64,000 nt of DNA from an uncultured Gammaproteobacteria bacterium (GTDB taxonomy: Bacteria; Patescibacteriota; Patescibacteriia; UBA1558; GWA2-36-10): contig CAZILH010000001.1 of NCBI GenBank assembly GCA_964540095.1, positions 2,552-66,551 on the forward strand. The letters are read 5' to 3'. Shown piece by piece: positions 9,531 through 18,392 of this stretch. The position numbers and the translations under genes are program-made. The stretch's first letter is position 1, and each line of letters starts with the position of its first letter. The notes beneath the pieces are model-generated. The model made no database searches and had not been told where the DNA came from. It was given only the letters and a program-made list of their open reading frames with translations.

Positions 9531-9730
9531 GCCCCCGTCGACAAGTTGTTGTGTCTTGGATGAGACGGGGGCAAAGAATGAACGGGCGCCACAGCTATGA
9601 GTGGTCACTAGCCCTATCATGGGCTAGAGCTCCAGACACAGGGTCCGCGGCTACGGCTGAAGGACTCGCCTCAATTTCAACGAGTTCCACTCGTTACCTC
9701 TGTGGCGCCCGAAACGAAAACGAACAACGA
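9531..9730 (-). ncRNA. candidate structured RNA B (possibly carrying a 31-aa ORF, 9690-9595)
   Basis: promoter TTGACA-17-TATCAT (9765-9737); perfect 12-bp closing IR 9700-9711/9583-9594; internal hairpins; terminator 9531-9572. Confidence 0.5.
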
Positions 9731-9789
9731 ATACAGATGATAGCAAACTAACCAGTAAATGTCAATGCCAGCCAAATACTTTAATAAAA

Positions 9790-10050
9790 AAATTAACCCT
9801 CCCATAGCCGTAGCTTTTGGGAGGGTTGAGGTAGTGGGTCGCCGCATCAATCGAAGAGGCATCGCTGTGGTTTAGCAGTTTTGAACACCGCAAGTGCATC
9901 TTGTCTCTACAGGAGGAAACGCTCTTGGTCTTGGCACGAAACTGTCCCGCCGGATCCCAGACTTCGATCTCGATCTAGACCGTGTGACCACAGCGATGAA
10001 GGCCTTTCCTCTTTGCTCGCGACGACCCCACAAAGGTGGCATGAGCGAAC
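9790..10050 (-). ncRNA. candidate structured RNA A
   Basis: perfect TTGACA-17-TATAAT (10085-10057); nested long-range stems 10019-10028/9836-9845 and 9987-9998/9860-9871; terminator 9795-9827. Confidence 0.5.
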
Positions 10051-10109
10051 ACAATAATTATATTATGCCTTAATTTTTTTGTCAAAGTTTATTTATTAAA
10101 AAAAGGGAT

Positions 10110-10802
10110 TTACCATCCCTTTACTTTCAGGGCCTTAGTAGCGGCCGCTGTCTGGGCCTCTTGCTTGCTATAGCCCTCACCATCAGCCACCAATTCTTTA
10201 TCTAAGTATACACCGATAATAAATTTTTTATTATGATCTGGCCCTGATTCTGACAACACCCGATAACGCGGGGTGACATTGTTTATCTCTTGGGCTTTTT
10301 CTTGAAAGCGACTTTTGGCGTCAATATATGTTTGCGAAGCAATGATGTCTGGCAAAGTCACTAGTATATTTTTTTTAATAAACTTATCAACTACGCGAAA
10401 TCCTTGATCAAGGTAGATGGCTCCCAATAGAGCTTCCATGGCATTGGCCAAGATATAACCGCGGGCTTTTTTGTTGGTGTCTTGGGACTCACCCTTACTC
10501 AAATACAAAAAACCATAAACACCCAGCTTCTCCGCAATCGTGGCTAGGTGCGTAGCATTGACTAAAGCTGAACGCCAGTTAGTCAGAGTTCCTTCATTCT
10601 CCTGATAATTGTGATACAAATAATCAGTGACCGACAGTTCCAAAACCGCGTCACCCAAAAACTCCAAACGCTCATTTTGCTCTATTGGAAAATCTTTATG
10701 TTCATTCAAATAAGAGCGATGCACCAAAGCGTTTTTCAAAATATCCGTATCCTTAAATTTCACTTCCAGCTTGTCTTCCAATAAAGAAATATTTTTTTGC
10801 AT
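10110..10802 (-). CDS. rnc: ribonuclease III
   Basis: NERLEFLGDAVL signature plus C-terminal dsRBD. Confidence 0.97.
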   Translation of the reverse strand: MQKNISLLEDKLEVKFKDTDILKNALVHRSYLNEHKDFPIEQNERLEFLGDAVLELSVTDYLYHNYQENEGTLTNWRSALVNATHLATIAEKLGVYGFLYLSKGESQDTNKKARGYILANAMEALLGAIYLDQGFRVVDKFIKKNILVTLPDIIASQTYIDAKSRFQEKAQEINNVTPRYRVLSESGPDHNKKFIIGVYLDKELVADGEGYSKQEAQTAAATKALKVKGW

Positions 10803-10803
10803 A

Positions 10804-11667
10804 CTATTCCAAATTTAACTTTTGCCAAGCCATGTTAAAAATATCCTTGGCATTGTCATAGCCCAAAACATCCAAAACCTCGTGCCTAGGGTACCACTTT
10901 ACATCCAGCAATTCAGAAACTTTTGGCACTATGATTTCCTTGTCTTTGGTCTCGACCAAAAAATATTTTATTAGTTTGCGGTAGGGCTTCACCTCTGGCT
11001 TATGTACCTTGACTTGGGTCTCACCCAGATAATCTTTGACTACTAGATTTTTCAAGCCGGTCTCTTCAAACAACTCTCGAGCTACGGCCTTTTCCAAGCT
11101 TTCACCTTCATTGACGTGACCTTTGGGGAAAGTCCACTTACCATAAGCATCCAGCAACAATACAAAATAATAACCATCTTCTTCCTGACGATAAATCACA
11201 CCGCCGGCTGACACTTCTTTGATACCCTGACTGACTAAGGTCTGTTTTTCACCTTTACTAATCATTTCTTTGTAGATGCTACCCAAAACGCCATTAACAA
11301 ATTTGCCGCTAGCATCACCGCCAAAAGCTTTGGCTAGCTCTATGGCTTCATTGATGGCTACTTTTGGTGGTATGTCATGATCCATCTTCAACTCACAAAT
11401 ACCAATGCGCAAAACATTACGGTCAATCAAAGTAATTTGGTCTATCGGCCACTCTGGGGCAAATTTACCAATCAACTTATCAATGGACTTCTGATTGGCT
11501 ACCACTTTTTCAATCAAATTCAAAGCAAAACCTTGATCGTCAAATTCCGGAGCAAATTCTTTTTGATTAAATTTCAAAATGTCACCAATATTTCCTTGGT
11601 GATTATTAAAATCCCACTCAAAGAGTGCTTGTAAAACAATAGTTCGAGCTAAATGACGATTAGCCAT
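10804..11667 (-). CDS. nusB: transcription antitermination factor NusB fused to C-terminal Nudix hydrolase
   Basis: RHLARTIVLQALF...INEAIELAKAFG...FVNGVL, then Nudix box GHVNEGESLEKAVARELFEETGL. Confidence 0.92.
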   Translation of the reverse strand: MANRHLARTIVLQALFEWDFNNHQGNIGDILKFNQKEFAPEFDDQGFALNLIEKVVANQKSIDKLIGKFAPEWPIDQITLIDRNVLRIGICELKMDHDIPPKVAINEAIELAKAFGGDASGKFVNGVLGSIYKEMISKGEKQTLVSQGIKEVSAGGVIYRQEEDGYYFVLLLDAYGKWTFPKGHVNEGESLEKAVARELFEETGLKNLVVKDYLGETQVKVHKPEVKPYRKLIKYFLVETKDKEIIVPKVSELLDVKWYPRHEVLDVLGYDNAKDIFNMAWQKLNLE

Positions 11668-11670
11668 TGC

Positions 11671-11865
11671 TTATTTTTTGTTTACTTGGCTTTTGGTGGC
11701 TACTTTTTTTTCACCCTTATAGTAACCACATTTATTGCAAGCGCGGTGTGGCAATAATATTGCTCCGCAATTTTTACACTTGGTGGTACTGGCTTTTTTC
11801 AAAGCAAAATGCGACGCCCTGCGACGCGCTGAACTCTTGGTAAGTTTCTTTGTAGGTAAACCCAT
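11671..11865 (-). CDS. rpmF: 50S ribosomal protein L32
   Basis: CKNCG...PHRACNKCGYYKG zinc ribbon. Confidence 0.95.
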   Translation of the reverse strand: MGLPTKKLTKSSARRRASHFALKKASTTKCKNCGAILLPHRACNKCGYYKGEKKVATKSQVNKK

Positions 11866-11995
11866 AATTTTTTTATTAGTTTCGTGATTTTAGCTAAATT
11901 TCCTATTTTGGTCAAGGAAGACCAAGTAAATCCCCGTCAATTATACCAAAGTTTAGGACTATTGACAAACATAAAAAAACATGATATTATGACCC

Positions 11996-12198
11996 ATCTA
12001 TTTAGAAAAGCACCTTAATTAGCGTTTTTAATATTTTTTCAGGCAACTGTGTCCACGACAAGCATGGGAATCATTTTTTTCGTCTAATTTGGCTACGGCT
12101 GAATTATTTCAAAAAATGGTTTTCTTGGACACAGCTGCTTGGAAAAATAATCTATCGTGGCCATATAAAAAAACGTCCCGCACTGCGGGACGTTTTTT
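11996..12198 (+). ncRNA. candidate long-hairpin ncRNA
   Basis: promoter TTGACA-17-TATTAT (11962-11990); rod-like hairpin 12032-12149 capped by C(TACG)G tetraloop; terminator 12168-12198; no convincing ORF. Confidence 0.5.
12168..12198. terminator. bidirectional intrinsic terminator
   Basis: AAAAAACGTCCCGCA-C-TGCGGGACGTTTTTT. Confidence 0.8.
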
Positions 12199-14075
12199 TA
12201 TTGACTTGGTGTTGTACTAGGAGTGGTGGTGGCCGTACCTCCACTAGCTTCAGCAGCAATTTCTTCGGCCGTAGCACCCACCAGGCAAACTGCCTGCCAA
12301 GGCACATAGTGACTAGAAAAAGTGACTTTGACTGGTTCTGGTTTGTTTAAATATTGAACAATATAATCAAACTTAGCATCAGCTCCGGCGTGGGCACTCT
12401 CCGTACACTTAGTTTGGCCTACTGGTAAATTGGTGGTTTTTACAATTTTTTTCGGCGCTGGAGAAACTACATTATAGATTATCGGCTTGGTGGTAGTAGC
12501 CACGCGACCATCTGCTGTCCCCCAAAAATCAAAATATAATTTTGTGCCCTCTATTCTGGTTTGAATCAAAATATAATTACCAGTGTCATTCAAAAATTTT
12601 AAATCTGGCTTAGGGTCATAAATCGTGGCATCCATGCCAGCGGGCTCATAATAAACCACCCGATAAGAATGATTGCGTCTTTCGGTGATTGGCAGACCAG
12701 TACTCAGAGCCGCTCGAAAAACAGTGGTGCCGATCTGACACAAACCCCCGCCATACTCTGGTATTGTTTTGCTGCCCTTGATCACCAACTCCTGCTTGTA
12801 GCCATGCTCACCATCAATGTCGCCCAAGGCCGTAATCAAAGAAAACTCTTCGTCAACATTGATAAGCAAACCATTGAGCGTGTCCGCCCCAACTCCTATA
12901 TTGTGTATGCGATTGGGGGGACTGCCCTTGAAATCCGATTCGCCAGTACCCAAAAGCGTGCCAATACCCAAATCATTGGCGTCGCTATTCATTATTTTTG
13001 GTTTGACTGTTTCTACAACAATATCAAAATTATTTTTATTAGAACCCAATATCTTTTCGGCATTAGCTATTGTCTTGGTCCAATCAATCATCTTGCCTTC
13101 TTGGCTAGCCATAAATTCCGAAACCTTGCCGTTGTTTAATTTGAACTTGGCATCCTGAACCAAAACTTCAATATCTGAACTTAAGCCCTGATCATCAAAA
13201 TATTTTTTTGCTTTTTCAATGTCAAAACCTAAATACGGTTTATTTTTATTAAATTTAATTTGTAGCCACTGTCGCCAATCAGCATTAGCAATAGTTGTTG
13301 CCTGCTCATTATAATGAGCTACCAAATCTCCTTGCTGAGTGGTGTTGATAATTTGACTACGAAACTTATCTATTACCGCGCTAGTGACTATGGGTTTGTC
13401 CTCGACCACTACTAAATTAATTTCTCCTGTCTGCAATTTTTTTATTTGCTCCTCAGTGTCTGACATGGCCTGCTCATAGGTAAATGTCTGGCCAATAATC
13501 TCTGGATTTATCTTCAAGCCACCGGCTGATTCAAACTCAAAACTAGCTTCTTTTTTGCTAGGCAACAAACCCTTGAAATCTTCCTCCAAAATACTGCGAT
13601 GACGCTCCTTATCCCAAGTATAATCAAGCGACCAAGTTTTGCCTCCCAGCATTACGCTAATTTTATTCAACAAATTAGCGGGCCGCTCATCTTTTTGAAA
13701 TTTTAAAATTTTATCCAAACTTTTTTCCATCTGCCACATGACCAAAGGAAAAGAGCTGTCAGCCGAACCAGCGCTAATAATAGGATAAATGGTGGACTTT
13801 TTGCCTTGTCCCATATAGACGAAGCCATCGCGACTAAAAGTGTCCAAATGCTCTTGGGTTTTCTTTTTGGCCTGCTCATAGGTCAGCCCGCCAATATTAA
13901 CACTGCCAAGTTTTGTTCCTGGCAAAAAAACATTGGCATACTTGTAGTTGACAGTGGCATTAGCCACAAAAACAGCTACCAATAAAAAACAAAAAACCGC
14001 TGCTACAATCAGAATTATTTTTAGCGGCCAATGCTTGTGCTTTTCTTCTGCAACAATTTTATCCTTCAGTGTCAT
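12198..14075 (-). CDS. VanW/YoaR family protein with peptidoglycan-binding region
   Basis: N-terminal TM; NRIHNI...GGGLCQIGTTVFRAAL...ERRNHS...DATIY...DLKF. Confidence 0.9.
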   Translation of the reverse strand: MTLKDKIVAEEKHKHWPLKIILIVAAVFCFLLVAVFVANATVNYKYANVFLPGTKLGSVNIGGLTYEQAKKKTQEHLDTFSRDGFVYMGQGKKSTIYPIISAGSADSSFPLVMWQMEKSLDKILKFQKDERPANLLNKISVMLGGKTWSLDYTWDKERHRSILEEDFKGLLPSKKEASFEFESAGGLKINPEIIGQTFTYEQAMSDTEEQIKKLQTGEINLVVVEDKPIVTSAVIDKFRSQIINTTQQGDLVAHYNEQATTIANADWRQWLQIKFNKNKPYLGFDIEKAKKYFDDQGLSSDIEVLVQDAKFKLNNGKVSEFMASQEGKMIDWTKTIANAEKILGSNKNNFDIVVETVKPKIMNSDANDLGIGTLLGTGESDFKGSPPNRIHNIGVGADTLNGLLINVDEEFSLITALGDIDGEHGYKQELVIKGSKTIPEYGGGLCQIGTTVFRAALSTGLPITERRNHSYRVVYYEPAGMDATIYDPKPDLKFLNDTGNYILIQTRIEGTKLYFDFWGTADGRVATTTKPIIYNVVSPAPKKIVKTTNLPVGQTKCTESAHAGADAKFDYIVQYLNKPEPVKVTFSSHYVPWQAVCLVGATAEEIAAEASGGTATTTPSTTPSQ

Positions 14076-14286
14076 TGTCTATCAAATCATTTAAAATTCT
14101 TTTTTGATCCTCGGCTGTCATTTTAATAGCGCTTGAATCCAAGGAAATATAGTAATTTATACTTTGATCAAATTTTTCACCCAACAGGGAGCTAGCCATA
14201 ATGACTTCCGCGCCAGTCGCGGTTTGAAAAACTAGTTTATCTCCCTCTGACCTAATATATTTTAGTAATAAATTTTTTGGCAACAT
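14059..14286 (-). CDS. small hypothetical protein
   Basis: ATG 14286 immediately after hsp20 stop; overlaps the start of the VanW-family gene. Confidence 0.6.
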   Translation of the reverse strand: MLPKNLLLKYIRSEGDKLVFQTATGAEVIMASSLLGEKFDQSINYYISLDSSAIKMTAEDQKRILNDLIDNDTEG

Positions 14287-14287
14287 A

Positions 14288-14707
14288 CTAATTGTCGTCT
14301 TCCACCGAAATCTTCTTGCCATCAGCGTGATGAACTTTTGGCAAAACAATTGTCAGTATTCCATTTTTTATGGTGGCCTTTATTTTATCGGCTTGCACTT
14401 CTAATGGCAAAATAATCGAACGAGAAAAGCTACCCCAATAACATTCTTTGTAGAAATAATCATCTTCACTAATAGTTTGGTCTTGCTGTCGTTCACCGCG
14501 GATAGTCAACATGTCATTGTGAAAACTAATATCAATGTTGTCTGGATCTACTCCGGCTATGGTTGACTTGATAACAATATTATTTTTATCCTGATAAACA
14601 TCTACTGAGAGCTGACCCTCTTCGTCAAAGGCCTCTTCTTTATGCTCGATTGGCGCGGCTTCAAGCTCTTTAGCTGGCTGATTTTTTTTATTTTTCTTTT
14701 TAAACAT
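14288..14707 (-). CDS. Hsp20/alpha-crystallin small heat-shock protein
   Basis: VDVYQ...AGVDP...LTIRGER...WGSFSRSIILP...NGILTIVLPK. Confidence 0.93.
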   Translation of the reverse strand: MFKKKNKKNQPAKELEAAPIEHKEEAFDEEGQLSVDVYQDKNNIVIKSTIAGVDPDNIDISFHNDMLTIRGERQQDQTISEDDYFYKECYWGSFSRSIILPLEVQADKIKATIKNGILTIVLPKVHHADGKKISVEDDN

Positions 14708-14821
14708 AGTTATTGTTTATGCTTGTATTATAAAATCTTTCGAGTGACTTGTAAAGCAAAATTTGCCTTATCAGGATGATTATGATAAAAGAAAAGTGTA
14801 GGCACCAACCAAGGAGGAATT

Positions 14822-15082
14822 ATGGCCAACGTCATCAACGTCGACCAAGCTCCGCGGATCTCTCGGCGCCCCTTCTGGTACACCCTAGCGGTTTTTGCCT
14901 TTGTGGGCATGCTGATCCTGACGATCGGCTCGCTGTTCTTACCATCTCTAGCCGTCCTACTGCTCGAAGCACTCGTCCTGGGCCTCGCCCTGCTCTTTAC
15001 CTTGAGTTACTGGGTGATCGACATCGTTTGTCGAAGATTCGTTGACTGCCGCCAATTTCGGTGGCAAAAAAAAGGAGGCTGA
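14822..15082 (+). CDS. small two-TM hypothetical protein (GC-rich orphan)
   Basis: AAGGAGG SD; two hydrophobic helices; terminator 15116-15160 with AACAAAC loop. Confidence 0.7.
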   Translation: MANVINVDQAPRISRRPFWYTLAVFAFVGMLILTIGSLFLPSLAVLLLEALVLGLALLFTLSYWVIDIVCRRFVDCRQFRWQKKGG

Positions 15083-15232
15083 GTGGGGATCGTGGCAGGT
15101 CCCAACAGAGAACAGATCCTGCATCAGTGGCCAACAAACGGCGCTGGTGCAGGATTTTTATTTTTAACAAAATTAAGAGCCCCCGTTCTGTGAAAAAACG
15201 GGGACTCATATTCGACAAGCTCCTAGCTAGAA

Positions 15233-15661
15233 TCAATCTGTGCGCAGATTGTAGATGAAGCTCTGCCTACGCAGATGATCAAGGATTGATTTGGTGACTG
15301 TTTGAGTGTCGCTGGTAGTCGTCAGGCCGATAGCTGTCCAACACACATCGTCAATTTGCAAAAGCCGAATGTCCCAATTCAGCTTCTGCTTATGCTGATA
15401 GTCGGTGAGCTCTTGACGCTGCGTGGGATCCAGTGGATAGCTGAATACCAGATAGACCTGATCCGGTGCCTCATACAAGACAAGGTAGATGAAGTCGATT
15501 TGGTACGGACTAATGACACCCTTACCCCATGTCAAACACTGGGTATTGTTGTGACTCGGTAATGTGGGCCAAATCAAAGGCATCACCGACGGCTCGTTGT
15601 TGCCAAGGGCCGGCATGGCCAAACACAGGAAGCAAAAGGCCAACAAAACAAAACGACACAT
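15233..15661 (-). CDS. exported hypothetical protein (GC-rich orphan)
   Basis: AAGGAGG SD; signal peptide MCRFVLLAFCFLCLAMPALG; own terminator near 15176-15210. Confidence 0.7.
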   Translation of the reverse strand: MCRFVLLAFCFLCLAMPALGNNEPSVMPLIWPTLPSHNNTQCLTWGKGVISPYQIDFIYLVLYEAPDQVYLVFSYPLDPTQRQELTDYQHKQKLNWDIRLLQIDDVCWTAIGLTTTSDTQTVTKSILDHLRRQSFIYNLRTD

Positions 15662-15799
15662 GATGCCCCTCCTTGAGCGCTAGAAGTGATGAAAGAACTG
15701 GGACAATTGAGTAGTATATAGTAAATAAATAATTTGTAAAGAAAAAACAGGCTCGGATAATTCCGAGGCCTGCTTGTCTGGCCGACTCTGCTAAATACT

Positions 15800-16210
15800 T
15801 CACGCTTCCATCATGCGGACGAGACAAAGACGATTTTCATTGATCCGCCCAATAATCGACGGGGATTTGGCAAGCGCCTCCTCACTTCTTACTGCGCCCT
15901 CAATTCTATCTAGCTCTTGGCTAGTTAGCCGCCTTGCTGTGTAGCCAACCCCGCCGACACGACCATAAAAATCCAACAGCGAAGTTAGCACGCCATATCT
16001 CACATCCACGTTGAGCGTTTTGTCTTCTAGTTTTGCCAGAAGATAACTTATGTGAGTATCAGCCTCACGCTCAGTTCTGGCTCTACTAATTTCATTTTCT
16101 AACCTGCAAGCTTCCTCCTTTTTCTTGTCGCGATGTATTTGCCACCACATAGAAAAAGTTGCAACAAAAATGACCGAGCAGATTATCAGAATAGGAGTAA
16201 GGTAATGCAT
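15800..16210 (-). CDS. hypothetical protein with N-terminal TM (orphan)
   Basis: GGAGG SD; TTGACA at 16295-16290; terminator near 15745-15775. Confidence 0.7.
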   Translation of the reverse strand: MHYLTPILIICSVIFVATFSMWWQIHRDKKKEEACRLENEISRARTEREADTHISYLLAKLEDKTLNVDVRYGVLTSLLDFYGRVGGVGYTARRLTSQELDRIEGAVRSEEALAKSPSIIGRINENRLCLVRMMEA

Positions 16211-16359
16211 GGCAACGCCTCCAAATCATCACTCTCTTGGCCAGACACTTAAAGAACTAATTTAAGTATATACTCTCTTTACCCTGGCCTGTCAATGGTG
16301 TATTTTTAATTCGTTTTATCAAAATTTCACAACTAAAAAACATCCTGTTTTGGGATGTC

Positions 16360-16436
16360 TGGTGGTCGCAGGAGGACTCGAACCTCCGACCTCTACAATG
16401 TCAATGTAGCGCTCTAACCAGCTGAGCTATGCGACC
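16360..16436 (-). tRNA. tRNA-Val(GAC)
   Basis: GGTCGCATAGCTCAGCTGGTTAGAGC...CTACA-TTGACAT-TGTAG...GGTTCGAGTCC...GCGACCACCA. Confidence 0.95.
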
Positions 16437-16940
16437 CTATTTAATATATAAATACATGGCTGACCGACCAACTGGCTTATCAATTATTGTCGGCTGCCAA
16501 CCCTCTATTGGCCAGACATAGGCAATCACCCGTGTACCCGGCTTTAATTCTTTGGCCAATTTATTTTTTAATTGATCATAAATACGCGGAATCAAAAAGA
16601 AATATACTACATCTGCCTCTTTCAAGTCAACCAGCCAAAAATCACGAAATTTTATCTGTGCCTTACTACCTGAAAATATTTTTCTGATATACGCACCAAC
16701 AAATGGCAATATAGATACTTCCAAACCAATTGCCTTGGCACCCTGTTTGGCAGCCGCCATTACCAGTCGCCCGTCGCCGCAACCCAAATCATACACTACT
16801 TGTCCGGGCTTGATTTCTGCTAAACGCAAAAATCTTTCCACATCCTTTTGCCAGGTCGGCACCCAGCCAATACCACGAACCAGAGAATAGATGGTTGTAA
16901 CGGCAATGGCTATAACTAATATTAACAACAAATAATACAT
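16437..16940 (-). CDS. class I SAM-dependent methyltransferase with N-terminal TM
   Basis: WVPT...VYDLGCGDGR...ADVVYFFL...ELKPGTRVI. Confidence 0.88.
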   Translation of the reverse strand: MYYLLLILVIAIAVTTIYSLVRGIGWVPTWQKDVERFLRLAEIKPGQVVYDLGCGDGRLVMAAAKQGAKAIGLEVSILPFVGAYIRKIFSGSKAQIKFRDFWLVDLKEADVVYFFLIPRIYDQLKNKLAKELKPGTRVIAYVWPIEGWQPTIIDKPVGRSAMYLYIK

Positions 16941-16943
16941 AAA

Positions 16944-17528
16944 TTATTCAATCATTTTCAAAAGTTCTTGTAGGACAATTGGCAGTTCTTTGGTGTTGTC
17001 TCGTTGGCCACTAAAATGTCCCTGTTTATGTTCTATAATTATTTTGGACCCCAACTTCTCGCGAAAATCATTTTGGTTTTCAAGTGGTACCCAAGGATCG
17101 TCGTCAGAAAAGATGGCCACACTTTTGCTTAGATGTTTTTTTATTTTATCAAAATCGATAGGCGCATCCAGCCACTCTTTGGCAACACTGCGAACCGTGT
17201 CGTCATCTTCTAGACCTACTAAACTTTTAAAAAAACCAGCCACAAAAACTGCCCCGCCAATTTTAGTATCCTTTGATAAATTTTCTAGATAACGCACAAT
17301 AGCTTGGCAGCCCATACTATGCCCAACAAAATAAGTGTCTTGATCGGGGCCTTTTACAAAATCCCTTAGAGCCGAAACCCAATTTTTTATTCTTGGTTCA
17401 TCGGCCTGAGGAAGTTGCGGAACAAAAACTTCAAAACCATGACTTTCTAACTGTCCTTTCAGCCAAGGAAACCACCCCTCTTCGGGATAACCGTCCCAAC
17501 CATGAATTATGTATACTTTTTTTGACAT
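16944..17528 (-). CDS. RBBP9/YdeN family alpha/beta serine hydrolase
   Basis: IIHGW...WFPWL, GHSMG nucleophile elbow, SDDDPWV, GHF; true start ATG 17528 (longer ORF runs into tRNA-Leu). Confidence 0.9.
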   Translation of the reverse strand: MSKKVYIIHGWDGYPEEGWFPWLKGQLESHGFEVFVPQLPQADEPRIKNWVSALRDFVKGPDQDTYFVGHSMGCQAIVRYLENLSKDTKIGGAVFVAGFFKSLVGLEDDDTVRSVAKEWLDAPIDFDKIKKHLSKSVAIFSDDDPWVPLENQNDFREKLGSKIIIEHKQGHFSGQRDNTKELPIVLQELLKMIE

Positions 17529-17541
17529 GTCCTTAAATACT

Positions 17542-17628
17542 TGGTGCCGGGGAGAGGACTCGAACCTCCACACCCTTACGAGTACCAGCTCCTAAGGCTG
17601 GCGTGTCTACCAATTTCACCACCCCGGC
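17542..17628 (-). tRNA. tRNA-Leu(TAG)
   Basis: GCCGGGGTGGTGAAATTGGTAGACACG CCAGC-CTTAGGA-GCTGG, long variable arm, TTCGAGTCC, CCA end. Confidence 0.95.
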
Positions 17629-17771
17629 ATAAAACTATAAATTAAAACTTTTAAAAATACTGAACCACCCCACAATGACGCTGTTATTTATACTAAAAAA
17701 TGAAAAAAAAGTCAAAGTAACCAAGCCCACACAAAAAACAAGAGGGGCACCGGCTGTGTTGCCGACGCCCC

Positions 17772-18200
17772 CTAGAAACGAGTCTTATAGCAGACTGTCT
17801 CTTGACGACCATAAACCACTAAGTAGTCACGGCCGTATTCGCTGACAATGGCGATTGTGCCCTTGTCCGCCTTTTCATAAATGCGGTCAAAGAAGTGTGG
17901 CTCAGTCATACGGCCAGTAAAGGCGTTAGGCAGACAGTTGCTGTCAGGCAGTGTGCTGGCAAAGCTTCGACCATCAGGAAAACGATCAAGTAGAGACCAT
18001 GGCATTCGACCGGTAGCAGAGCGGAAATCCTTGATCGCTGGCTCAAGAAGCTGCGCCTGTGCTTCGGCTTTTTCTTGTTGTTGACCATCTTGATGTGCAT
18101 CTTTAAAAGCCCTGGCAATCCACATAACCAAACCAACTACCACGACAAGGGCCACGATAAGCACCGCCGCCCTTACTGCGCCTTTTTTAATTTTGTGCAT
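17772..18200 (-). CDS. pseudopilin/GspG-like protein (GC-rich orphan)
   Basis: KKG|AV + hydrophobic helix; AIKDFRSATGRMPWSL resembles pseudopilin helix-loop; AAGGAGGTG SD; terminator 17744-17772 with AACACA loop. Confidence 0.6.
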   Translation of the reverse strand: MHKIKKGAVRAAVLIVALVVVVGLVMWIARAFKDAHQDGQQQEKAEAQAQLLEPAIKDFRSATGRMPWSLLDRFPDGRSFASTLPDSNCLPNAFTGRMTEPHFFDRIYEKADKGTIAIVSEYGRDYLVVYGRQETVCYKTRF

Positions 18201-18392
18201 AATGCAATCACCTCCTTCAAGGTGAAATGTGAAGTACTCTATCCCGCCCTGAAATTATCATTTTGCTGACACTGTGTCAAACTGCGCCTTACTAAATATT
18301 GACAAAATAGCCCTCATATAATAATATAATGCGTTCTTCACTGTCCTTCGCATCCCAACAAAAAACCCGAAATAATCGGGGAGGTGAAAATC

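Noticed and set aside
9465-9620. N-terminal extension of SMC in the ORF track (similarly dnaA 33636, ugd-like 5909, epimerase 2308, hydrolase 17573, DGR target 29756)
   Set aside because: These arise from upstream alternative starts running through terminators, tRNA or promoter DNA; conserved N-termini begin at the downstream ATGs.
9790-10050. RNase P RNA, suggested by GAGGAAAGGCC resembling the P4 motif GAGGAAAGUCC
   Set aside because: Too short, and the 3' conserved region (ACAGAA..CGGCTTA) and other conserved regions are not visible.
11996-12198. SRP (4.5S) RNA or tmRNA
   Set aside because: No CAGG-(GRAA)-AGCA domain IV motif and no tRNA-like ends.
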